Of a stretch of DNA of 64,000 nt, positions 28,978-37,609 are shown in pieces. A program made the translations under genes and the position numbers. Source of the DNA: an uncultured delta proteobacterium (GTDB lineage Bacteria; Desulfobacterota; Desulfomonilia; Desulfomonilales; Desulfomonilaceae). Each line of letters opens with the position of its first letter. The stretch's first letter is position 1. Under the pieces are notes generated by a model, which was not told the origin of the DNA, made no database searches, and saw only the letters and a program-made list of their open reading frames with translations. Location of the stretch: positions 2,464,001-2,528,000 of the forward strand of contig CAWBKB010000001.1 in NCBI GenBank assembly GCA_963789265.1, given 5' to 3'.

Positions 28978-31002
28978 ACAACCTATCACCGGGCCGGACC
29001 ACCCGGCCCAGTCAAAACAATCTGAAAAACTAGGCGCTCTGTCCCAAATAATCAGAAAAAATCAGTCAATTTAATGTGAAAAACAACAGCGCAAGCCTGA
29101 AGCACCTCCTTCGCAGCATCGGGCAACGAATCTACCCTAGCCATGATCACGTCCTGGATCGTGGAAGGAATGGCCACCCGATCCACATCTTTGGGCAAAT
29201 GGTACGTATAGTTTGTTAGCTCTATAATGCCCATGTCTCTAAGTGACCGCACAAACTCCTCAATGAAGAAAGGCACTCCCTCAGTCTTTTCAAGGATTAG
29301 ATCCTGCAGGTCAGGCGCTATGTTGTCGCTGCCCAGTAAGTCGGCCATCATGGCCAGACTTTCGTGATTAGCAAGGCGATTTAAAGTGACCTGGCTGTGA
29401 AAGGATTTGCCCCCCCACGTGTGAACGAATTCGGGCCGATATGTGAATATCATCAGCACCCGAGCGCCTGGGATACTCTCCATAAGGTACTTGGCCGCGT
29501 CTTCCGAACTCTTATCCATCCAGTGCAGGTCTTCAAAAGCGAATACCAGCGGCCTGCCTTCTGAGCCCTTCAGGATTATGCGTTGCAGCGCCCTTTGAAT
29601 CCTGTCTTTCCTCGCCTCGGGGCTCATTAAAATCTTATCAATACCACTGTCTTTCACGGATAAAAGTTCAAGCAGATATGGCAAGGTGGAAGCTTCATCG
29701 ACTCCCAGTATTGTAAGTCCTCTCTTAACTTTGACCGTGACATCCGAATCTGAGGCGCCATCATCCACCCCGAAGTTCGACTTCAGCACGTCAATGATCG
29801 GATGATAGGCGGTCCCTCGGCCATAAGAGATGCATTTCCCTTCCAGAAACAGGATGTCTTCGTTGGCTATAGCCTTCCTGAACTCATACAAAAGCCGAGA
29901 CTTGCCGACCCCAGCCTCTCCCATGATGGAGACAGCCTGACCTCTGCCTGCCTTGGCTCTCTCAAAGCTGTCGAGTAAGAGTTCGAGTTCTCTTTCCCTT
30001 CCAACGAATTTACTCAGGCCACGCTCAGCACTTACGTCGAACCTGGTCCTTCGGGTGCTCGGTGCAATCACCTGATAGACCCTCATGGGCTTTTCTTTAC
30101 CCTTAATCTGCTTTTCGCCCAAAGCCTCGAACCGGAAGAATCCCTCAGTCAGCTTGAACGTATCCTCTGTGGCATAGGTGGTACCCGGCTCCGCCATTTG
30201 CTCCATCCGGGCCGCCATATTGATGGTGTCGCCGACAGCGGTAAATTGGACTCGAAGATCGTTTCCGACAGTGCCCACGACGACCGGACCAGAGTTGATG
30301 CCTATGCGAACCAACACTGGTGGAATGTTCTTCTCAGTCTTGAGCTTGTCATTAAATCGGGTCAGTTCTCGGTGAATAGCCAAGGAGGATCTGATAGCTC
30401 TCTGGGGTGCATCCTCCAAAGCAATGGGCGCACCGAAAAACGCCAAGACACCGTCGCCCCTTAGTTCGTTTACAGTGCCTTCGTAATCGTGGATCTTGTG
30501 AATGAGCAGCTCGAAGACCTGATCCATGAGGGAGAATGTCTCCTCAGGGCCGAGCTTTTCCGTCAATGGCGTAAAGCCCTTCATGTCCACAAACATGATG
30601 GTCACATGCCGCCGCTCCCCTTCTATCCTGTCTCTTTGAGACAAGATCTTCTCGGTCAGGCCACCGGGAAGATATTTCTGAATCTTGGCAAGCTTTTCAT
30701 CGAAGGAGAGATTTTTCGGCAAAGCGGTGTCGGCAGGGGAGGTTAGATTGTGGCCACACTCACCGCAGAACTTGAATTCTGGAGGATTGGAGGCTTTGCA
30801 GTTTGAGCAAACAGCTTCAAGCTTAGTGCCGCATTCGCCGCAGAATTTTATGCCCGCTGGGTTCTCGAACTGGCATTTCTGGCACTTCATGGCTTCCCCC
30901 GCCATGCAATTGGGAAGAGGATGGCAGAAATTCTAAACTCTGGGGAAACGCAATAAGATGGAATGAATCATGACTATCACTACCCCCTGGTAATCCGATG
31001 TT

Positions 31003-31031
31003 AGTTTAATGGACAGCGCACCCCCTGTCAA
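31003..31031 (-). promoter_or_regulatory. Sigma-70 promoter of the cyclase gene
   Basis: Minus strand TTGACA-N17-TAAACT, ~110 bp upstream of the start codon. Confidence 0.65.
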
Positions 31032-31123
31032 TCAATTATTTCGTTATCCTGGGGACTTGTAATTGCTCGCTGTCGGAGCTTTCAATTTTGAGATGCCCGC
31101 TTGCAAGGTGATTTGTTTCAGGA

Positions 31124-32701
31124 TCACCTACGGTTGCTATGACCTTTTTCCTCGTAGTAGCTGAGGAGTCTCTTCTTTATCTGATAAGACTGGTCGGATA
31201 ATGAGACCTTGTAAATGTGCGGGTTGGAGAAGCGCTTATATTCGGGCTCTAGACTGTTGATCTGAAACTGGGCCCGCGCTCGAATCTTCTCCAGTCCGGG
31301 GGACTCATAAACTTGCTTGCCATTGAGAAAGATCGGCACCATAAGCTCCGTAGCACTGTATGGGGCCCGATAAATCTTTTTCATATAATCGTACATGGGA
31401 TGGTGGGCTCTAACAGGTTTGCCGTCGGGCAATGGCTCATCCACTTGAGCCAGGAGGTCGCCGATCATTCGATCGTTCCCGTTATAGAACCGTACGATCT
31501 TTTTGACTCCCGGGTTGGTAACCTTCATTGGATTCTGGGAGATCTTGATCTTCGGCACCAGAACTCCATCACCCTTATCGGCAGCCATGAGCTTGTAGAC
31601 AACCCCCAGAGCCGGCGTCTGATATGAAGTCATCAGACGAGTTCCCACACACCAGATGTCGATACGAGCGCCCTGATCTTGGAGGCTCTCGATGATCCAC
31701 TCATCCAGATCGCTACTTGCAAGGATTTTGACCTCAGGAAGACCCGCAGCGTCCAACATGAACCGCGCTGCTTTGGAATAGTAAGCCAAGTCACCGCTGT
31801 CTATCCTTATTCCCGCAAGCTGCTTGCCCATTCCTCGCATTTCCTGGGCCACCTCGATTGCCTGGCGAATGCCCTCGAGAGTGTCGTAGGTATCGGTGAG
31901 CAAGACGCAGTTATCGGGAAAAATCCTGGCAAATCCTCTGAATGACTCTATCTCGCTATCGAAGCTTTCAACCCAACTATGGGCATGAGTCCCTTTCACA
32001 GGAATTCCAAACAACTTCCCAGCCTTTACATTGGATGTCCCCGCGCACCCGCCGATGTACGCGGCTCGAGCCCCGTACAAGGCTGCATCTACCCCGTGCG
32101 CACGGCGGGTCCCGAAATCCACCAACGGATCCCCTTTCGTTGCTATGCACATCCGGGCCGCCTTTGTCGCAATTAGTGTTTGGTGCCCTACCAGGGCGAG
32201 CAAAGTCGTCTCTAATATTTGAGCCTCCGGAATAGGGCCGACCACTCTTATCAACGGTTCATGCGGGAACACGATCGTACCTTCAGGCACCGCCCATATA
32301 TCCCCTGAGAAACTTATGCCGGCCGCAAGCTGTTCAAGGGCCGGAGGAGAAAAGATCCCCAGGCTGCTCAGATACTTAATGTCATCGGGAAACGCGCGGA
32401 GCTTGTTCACGTAATTGATAACGCTTTGAAGGCCTGCAAAAACGCAAAATGCTCCGTCATCGGGATTCTGGCGGTAGTACAGGTCGAAACAGGCTAGTTG
32501 GTTTCCCTTGCCGAGCATCTTGTAACCCGCCGCCATGGTGAGTTCATAGAGATCGGTGTCCAGCGTATGATTTCGGCACCTGAGCCCGGCCATGGCACAC
32601 TCCCCGTCAACCTCCCCAATTGTGCAGCCTGTTTCGCAATCAACCAATTCCACGGTGTCCAACAGCTTGCCTGAGCATGGATCTTTCAGGACGGGCTTCA
32701 T
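31124..32701 (-). CDS. pncB: Nicotinate phosphoribosyltransferase
   Basis: TDLYELTM, DFGTRRAHG, GTHAHSWV, DTYDT, GIRIDSGDL, ALGVVYKL. Confidence 0.95.
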   Translation of the reverse strand: MKPVLKDPCSGKLLDTVELVDCETGCTIGEVDGECAMAGLRCRNHTLDTDLYELTMAAGYKMLGKGNQLACFDLYYRQNPDDGAFCVFAGLQSVINYVNKLRAFPDDIKYLSSLGIFSPPALEQLAAGISFSGDIWAVPEGTIVFPHEPLIRVVGPIPEAQILETTLLALVGHQTLIATKAARMCIATKGDPLVDFGTRRAHGVDAALYGARAAYIGGCAGTSNVKAGKLFGIPVKGTHAHSWVESFDSEIESFRGFARIFPDNCVLLTDTYDTLEGIRQAIEVAQEMRGMGKQLAGIRIDSGDLAYYSKAARFMLDAAGLPEVKILASSDLDEWIIESLQDQGARIDIWCVGTRLMTSYQTPALGVVYKLMAADKGDGVLVPKIKISQNPMKVTNPGVKKIVRFYNGNDRMIGDLLAQVDEPLPDGKPVRAHHPMYDYMKKIYRAPYSATELMVPIFLNGKQVYESPGLEKIRARAQFQINSLEPEYKRFSNPHIYKVSLSDQSYQIKKRLLSYYEEKGHSNRR

Positions 32702-33765
32702 GTCGTACCTTCCTCCGTCTGCCTTTCAAAATATTCTTCAAAAGCCTTGAGGTAAGGGTCAGAGGCTGTCCCCCATTCGGTTACGATGCCGGTTATCAGC
32801 TCATGCGGAGTGACATCAAAGGCAATATTGCGCGCTTGAACGCCTTCCGGGGCTATTGAGACACCACAAAGGTGAGTAACTTCCCTCGGATCACGTTCCT
32901 CTATTGGGATTTCCCGACCCGATGCGAGAGACATATCTATGGTGGAAAGTGGAGCGGCAACATAAAATGGGATTTTGTGATAATCAGCCAAAACGGCTAC
33001 GGAATAAGTCCCTATCTTATTGGCCGCGTCCCCGTTTGAGGCTATGCGATCCGCTCCAACGATTACTTTATTTACTTCACCACGCTGCATCAGCGCGCCC
33101 GCGGTATTGTCCGGAATCAGCGTCACAGGAATGCCCAGTTTATGGAGTTCCCAGGAGGTAATCCGCGCGCCTTGATTGAGAGGCCTCGTCTCATCCGAAA
33201 TGACTCTGATGTTCTTTCCTTCTTCGAAGGCTGCTCTGATGACACCCAACGCCGTGCCGTAACCTGCGGTGGCAAGCCCGCCGGCATTACAGTGTGTCAA
33301 AACCGTGTCGCCGTCCTTGAGGAGCCCACTTCCTGCACGGCCGATCCTCTCACATAGCTGTCGGTCCTCTTGTTCCATTAGGACTGCTTCTTCCACGAGG
33401 CGGTCCTTGAGCTGCTGCGACGTCACGTCCTTACATGAGCCAAAAACCTTTTTCATCCTGGCTATGGCCCAGAAAAGATTGACGGCCGTGGGCCGCGTAG
33501 ATCCTATTTGGCGACAGACATCTTCGAAATGACGGACAACGGACTCCTTGTTGCCACCAGGCGCCTTGAGCATGCCTAGAGCAATTCCCATCGCGGCGGC
33601 AACCCCTATGGCCGGGGCCCCGCGCACCGCCAGTCGCCGTATCGCGTCGCACATCTGATCGACAGAACGAATCTGTATGTATTCCTCCTGCCGCGGAAGA
33701 AGAGTCTGGTCAAGAAGCCTTATGTGGTCGCTCTTCCACTCGATGGTTCTGAAAGGATCTTGCAA
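32698..33765 (-). CDS. mtnA: S-methyl-5-thioribose-1-phosphate isomerase
   Basis: VRGAPAIG, RPTAVNL, THCNAGGLATAGYGTALG, DETRP.NQGARIT, NKIGTY; probable TTG start after GGAGG. Confidence 0.95.
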   Translation of the reverse strand: MQDPFRTIEWKSDHIRLLDQTLLPRQEEYIQIRSVDQMCDAIRRLAVRGAPAIGVAAAMGIALGMLKAPGGNKESVVRHFEDVCRQIGSTRPTAVNLFWAIARMKKVFGSCKDVTSQQLKDRLVEEAVLMEQEDRQLCERIGRAGSGLLKDGDTVLTHCNAGGLATAGYGTALGVIRAAFEEGKNIRVISDETRPLNQGARITSWELHKLGIPVTLIPDNTAGALMQRGEVNKVIVGADRIASNGDAANKIGTYSVAVLADYHKIPFYVAAPLSTIDMSLASGREIPIEERDPREVTHLCGVSIAPEGVQARNIAFDVTPHELITGIVTEWGTASDPYLKAFEEYFERQTEEGTT

Positions 33766-34017
33766 TGGTCCGCCTCCGGAACTCAGCGCTTTGAAGGCAA
33801 ACTTGTATTTCGCCTTTATGGACAAGTAAATTAGCGGTCGGCTGGAAAATAGTCAATCCTTGGGCATCCCTCAGACCGCGGACAGGGGCCAAAGGCAGCT
33901 TAATTATTATAATTTAATAATATATAATCAAGATATTGTATAATATTTATAATAAAACGCTTGAGATTTTTCCATGATGCTGCTATATGAATACGAAAAA
34001 TGACGAGAGGGCCCACG

Positions 34018-34366
34018 ATGAACCTCAAATTCGCTATCGTAGTCCTTTTGACTGTGTCCTTCATGCTCTTGTCAGCTACTGCGCCGGTCTATTGCGAAAG
34101 AACCTTGTCCCTCACCGTCTGCCAGGAGCTTGTTAACTCCGCTCGTTCTTACGAGGCACGTTCGACGTATCACAACCAAGCTGCCAAGGCATATATGGCA
34201 CAAATCCAGTCCTTTGCCAAACAGCCCACTAACCAGAACACAAGCGCGGTAATGGATAACCTTTTTACTCAGTACAGACGAGCAACGGGTGTTGGAACGC
34301 AAGTTTCTGGATCTCTATCGCCAGGCGTCAGACGAAGCCAACAAGTGCATGAAATCGGCCCAATGA
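34018..34366 (+). CDS. Small secreted helical protein, frameshifted near 34276
   Basis: Signal peptide; removing one A gives LFTQYDEQRVLERKFLDLYRQASDEANKCMKSAQ*. Confidence 0.55.
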
Positions 34367-34734
34367 TCGGCAATAGGCCGGCCTGGACTCATAAGCGACA
34401 GCCCGTCACCTGAGCGTTGAGCCTACGAATTTAAGCAAACCGATAGGCGATGCAGGCATTTTGATCGGCGACCTTCCGGGGGAGTTATGTGCTCCCCCAC
34501 CCACCTTCACTTCGCATACTCCTCGAAACTATTTGCAACGCGTCAAATTGTGGCTCTTCTCGCGTAAGACCGTACCGGAATTGAAAAGCAAAGAAGATGC
34601 GCTTTCTGCCTTCCTGCGCTCGCACCGACCAAACGAGTAGACTAAGCACCCCAATGATGCCGTGCTCCGCTGCCATACCATTTCGCCGCTTACTTCAATT
34701 GCCCCTTAAGACAGGCAGAGCCAACAATTTGCGT

Positions 34735-35478
34735 CTACTTATGCCTGCCATGGGGATGACTTGAGGCAGAACCCGAGTCCAGTTGCTTCAGATTGTGCTT
34801 TTCTTCATGAAAAACTTGGGTGGTACCCTTCTCTTTGTGTTTCTGAGTGCCCTCTTCCAAAAAGACTTTCTTGTTGCCCTTGCTGTGGGAAACGATTTTA
34901 CCGGTCTTGTTATAGACCGTCTTGCTTAAAACATTGCCTTTCGCGCCAGTCACCGTGCTCTTGTGATTTCCATTTTCTTCATATACCGTTTCTATCGTGG
35001 TTCCATTCCCACTGATTGTGGTAATCGACTTCCCCGTGCCGCTCTTGTCGTATATAGTCACGCCAGACCCACTGCCGCCGCCCGGTTGATTGACGCCCAC
35101 ATTTACTGGAGGTTGGAGGCCGATTGGCCCCTTTGGTGGAGAACTACTGCCACCACCGGGTTGATTGACACCCACATTTACCGGAGGCTGGCCGCCCCAC
35201 TTTTTTGGTGGAGTGCCGGGTGGGAACATTGGTGGCATCGCGTTAGTAGCTCCGGATGTCGCCCCAGAGCCGCAGCAGGACACGAACTTGAGACCGCACT
35301 TGCCTATGCATGCCGCACGAGCGCTGCCGTCACGCCCATCAGGTCTATAGGCACAACTATTCATACACCTGTTATATTGGTCCACACACCTGGCCGACGC
35401 GGGACCTGCTGTGGCCAAAATGAAAATGGTAAGGGCTGCCGCTGTCATTAACGCAATTCCAAGTGATGTTTTAGGCAT
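34735..35478 (-). CDS. Secreted protein with Cys-rich N-domain, Pro/Gly repeats and Thr/Lys-rich tail
   Basis: AGGAG RBS; signal peptide ending ASA; QPPVNVGVNQPGGG twice (75-bp period). Confidence 0.7.
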   Translation of the reverse strand: MPKTSLGIALMTAAALTIFILATAGPASARCVDQYNRCMNSCAYRPDGRDGSARAACIGKCGLKFVSCCGSGATSGATNAMPPMFPPGTPPKKWGGQPPVNVGVNQPGGGSSSPPKGPIGLQPPVNVGVNQPGGGSGSGVTIYDKSGTGKSITTISGNGTTIETVYEENGNHKSTVTGAKGNVLSKTVYNKTGKIVSHSKGNKKVFLEEGTQKHKEKGTTQVFHEEKHNLKQLDSGSASSHPHGRHK

Positions 35479-35659
35479 TAGCTTTTCTCCTCTTGCCGCG
35501 GATGTCCCCGTTTGAACGCAAGCAATTCCTTTTGAAGAATTTGATGCAGAATAGATCCGAATGATTCAAGCAAACCTGACTACAGGTTAGGAATTGAATT
35601 GAGATCGCTAGCCGTTCTGATACGGGTTCGCGATCAAATGATGAACAATCTAAATAAGC

Positions 35660-35772
35660 ACGGATCCGACAAAGCCTCCCACGGGACGCGGTATGCCACC
35701 CAGGACCTTTGGTTCACCGGAAGCTGGGTGCCACTGACCTGAGCGCCATTCTTCGCGCCAGGTCAGTGCCGG
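35660..35772. repeat. Back-to-back GGGTGSCA-type REP hairpins
   Basis: ..TGCCACCCA..TGGGTGCCACTGACCTGAGCGC-loop-GCGCCAGGTCAGTG. Confidence 0.55.
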
Positions 35773-35945
35773 TCTTGGTATAATACCGATTTTCACTGTT
35801 TGAGAGGCAACTCGTATGAGTGAGCCCCGAGAGCAGTTAGAATACAGGTGCCAATTAAGCGTCTCGTTAGGTACGCGCTTGCGCGCAGAGCCTGAAAATT
35901 GTGAGTAAGCTGGCCGCGTTCTGCGCGACATGGTATGAACAAGCC

Positions 35946-36860
35946 ATGAACGAGAAAGCCGAAAGTCAATCCTGGGTCACACTGAACATTGCGCTACCGA
36001 TGGAAATGGCCGATGCGATAATGAACTTCCTCCACGAACTCGGATCAAAAGGTGTGGTCGTGGACGACACGGATCCCGAACAGACGCGCATAACAACTTA
36101 CTTTCCTGCAGAGGAATGGGACACTGTATACGAACGACTCAGGAGATACCTGGCCGCGTTGCGCGATATTTTCCCGGACCTGCCGGCCCCTGCCGTAGAA
36201 ACAACAGCGCTACAAAACGAAAACTGGGCTCTGACCTGGAAGGCCCATTTCAAAAGCGTGAAGGTCGGCCAGCGCCTAATCATAACCCCGCCGTGGCTCA
36301 AGCCCAGGAGCAGGAATAGAGAAGTCATCATAATCGAACCAGCCGCGGCCTTCGGCACTGGAACCCATGAGACCACCCGAAGCTGCCTCATTTTGCTAGA
36401 AGAAGCACTTGCCGTGATGAACAGCGTTCGGGAGACCCCCACGCTTCTGGATGTGGGTTGCGGTTCCGGCATTCTGGGGATAGCGGCAATAAGACTGGGG
36501 GCCGGTCACGTAGTGGCGGTGGATAACGATCCTGTGGCGGTAGAGGCAGCGGAAAAGAACGCTCTTCTCAACAAAGTGCAGGACAAGCTTCAGCTCAAGT
36601 GTGCTCCTGTGAAGGACTTGACCGGCCAATTCGACATTGTAGCAGCGAATCTGGATCCAATGACTCTCACTGCAAACCGAGACAAGCTGATCGCATTGAC
36701 GGGCCATTACTTGATCGTTTCGGGAGTTCCTCTGGATCAGTGGCAGGGGATTAGAAACCTGTTTGTCAGCCATGACCTTGTTCTCATAAGAGAAATCACG
36801 GAATCGGAGTGGGGGACAGGACTGTTCGGCAAGGATCTGGAGCGGCCGATAACACGATGA
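35946..36860 (+). CDS. prmA: Ribosomal protein L11 methyltransferase
   Basis: ENWALTWKAHF, IEPAAAFGTGTHETT, LDVGCGSGILGI, DNDPVAV. Confidence 0.93.
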   Translation: MNEKAESQSWVTLNIALPMEMADAIMNFLHELGSKGVVVDDTDPEQTRITTYFPAEEWDTVYERLRRYLAALRDIFPDLPAPAVETTALQNENWALTWKAHFKSVKVGQRLIITPPWLKPRSRNREVIIIEPAAAFGTGTHETTRSCLILLEEALAVMNSVRETPTLLDVGCGSGILGIAAIRLGAGHVVAVDNDPVAVEAAEKNALLNKVQDKLQLKCAPVKDLTGQFDIVAANLDPMTLTANRDKLIALTGHYLIVSGVPLDQWQGIRNLFVSHDLVLIREITESEWGTGLFGKDLERPITR

Positions 36861-36864
36861 TGCA

Positions 36865-37383
36865 TTAATTAGAGCGGTCAGATTCCGATCGTTCCAGCAG
36901 AAAATGCAGAAAGAAAAGAGCGGTGCCCACGCAAAGGGAAGCGTCGCCAACATTGAACGTGGGCCAATGGAAATTCCCAACGTAAACATCGATGAAGTCA
37001 ATAACTTCACCGAACCTTACTCTGTCCACAAGGTTCCCTCCGGCCCCCCCGAAAAAAAGGGCCAATCCGACGAGCAGGTAGGTGTCAATGCGCTCGGATG
37101 CGCCGACCATCCATACTATGCCCACCAGAGCGATCACTGAAACGAGCACAAGAAATAGCGAACTCAAATGCGTTGAGGAGTCCGCGAGAATTCCGAACGC
37201 AGCTCCGGGATTTCTTGTATGCACCAGGTCGAGAAAGCCGGGGATGATCTCCACCCACCTATGTAAAGGTATAGACGTTGCAACCAGACACTTTGTCACC
37301 TGGTCGGATACTAGCACGACCAGCGCTATCACAACGAACGCGAGAAGTTTTTTTCCGCCGGCTATGGCCTGCCTCCTTTCCAT
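36865..37383 (-). CDS. lspA: Lipoprotein signal peptidase II
   Basis: DQVTK, NPGAAFG, GGAGGNLVDR, VIDFI, WPTFNVGD; follows ileS; exact start uncertain. Confidence 0.95.
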   Translation of the reverse strand: MERRQAIAGGKKLLAFVVIALVVLVSDQVTKCLVATSIPLHRWVEIIPGFLDLVHTRNPGAAFGILADSSTHLSSLFLVLVSVIALVGIVWMVGASERIDTYLLVGLALFFGGAGGNLVDRVRFGEVIDFIDVYVGNFHWPTFNVGDASLCVGTALFFLHFLLERSESDRSN

Positions 37384-37396
37384 ACTGTAATAATTT

Positions 37397-37570
37397 ACCG
37401 CGGAGATCGCAGAGATCGCAGAGAGATTTTGGAGGTTTCTTTCAAAATGCGCTGCATCGGCTTCAGTCCTTGGCAGGGCAGATATTGGACCCACCGACTC
37501 TCGTGCGAGTAACCTTCTGCATTCCCAAAAGGACAATGAAATTCTCTGCGTTCTCTGCGAACTCTGCGGT
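37397..37570. repeat. Inverted pair of family C repeats between ileS and lspA
   Basis: ACCGCGGAGATCGCAGAGATCGCAGAG ... CTCTGCGTTCTCTGCGAACTCTGCGGT. Confidence 0.8.
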
Positions 37571-37609
37571 GCGTTCTTTCTCTCTGGTGAACGGTCACGC
37601 CATGCTTTT

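Larger units (their letters stand above)
26151..29088 (+). mobile_element. 2938-bp three-gene DDE transposon/IS (Mu/IS21/IS481-like)
   Basis: Ends TGTAGGATTTCGAATTGAATGGACAGA / TGTTGTTTTTCACATTAAATTGACTGA (19/27 match); flanks GAGCAAG (26144-26150) and GCGCAAG (29089-29095); splits a host gene. Confidence 0.93.
24578..30890 (-). pseudogene. Zinc ribbon-cyclase-AAA-TPR gene interrupted by a transposon (26151-29088); extra frameshift near 25100
   Basis: 5' part ends ..AKEVLQAC and 3' part resumes CSAIEREFNYELI, continuous once the element is removed; GEAGVGKS, FEDLHW, YVFRHALT motifs. Confidence 0.92.

Noticed and set aside
35836..35856. Sigma-54-like TTGGCACCTGTATTCT on the minus strand
   Set aside because: The -12 GC is missing
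35650..35860. Possible riboswitch or ncRNA (several strong stems)
   Set aside because: Stems are explained by GGGTGSCA-type REPs plus the 17-nt hairpin; conserved riboswitch motifs are not in the right order
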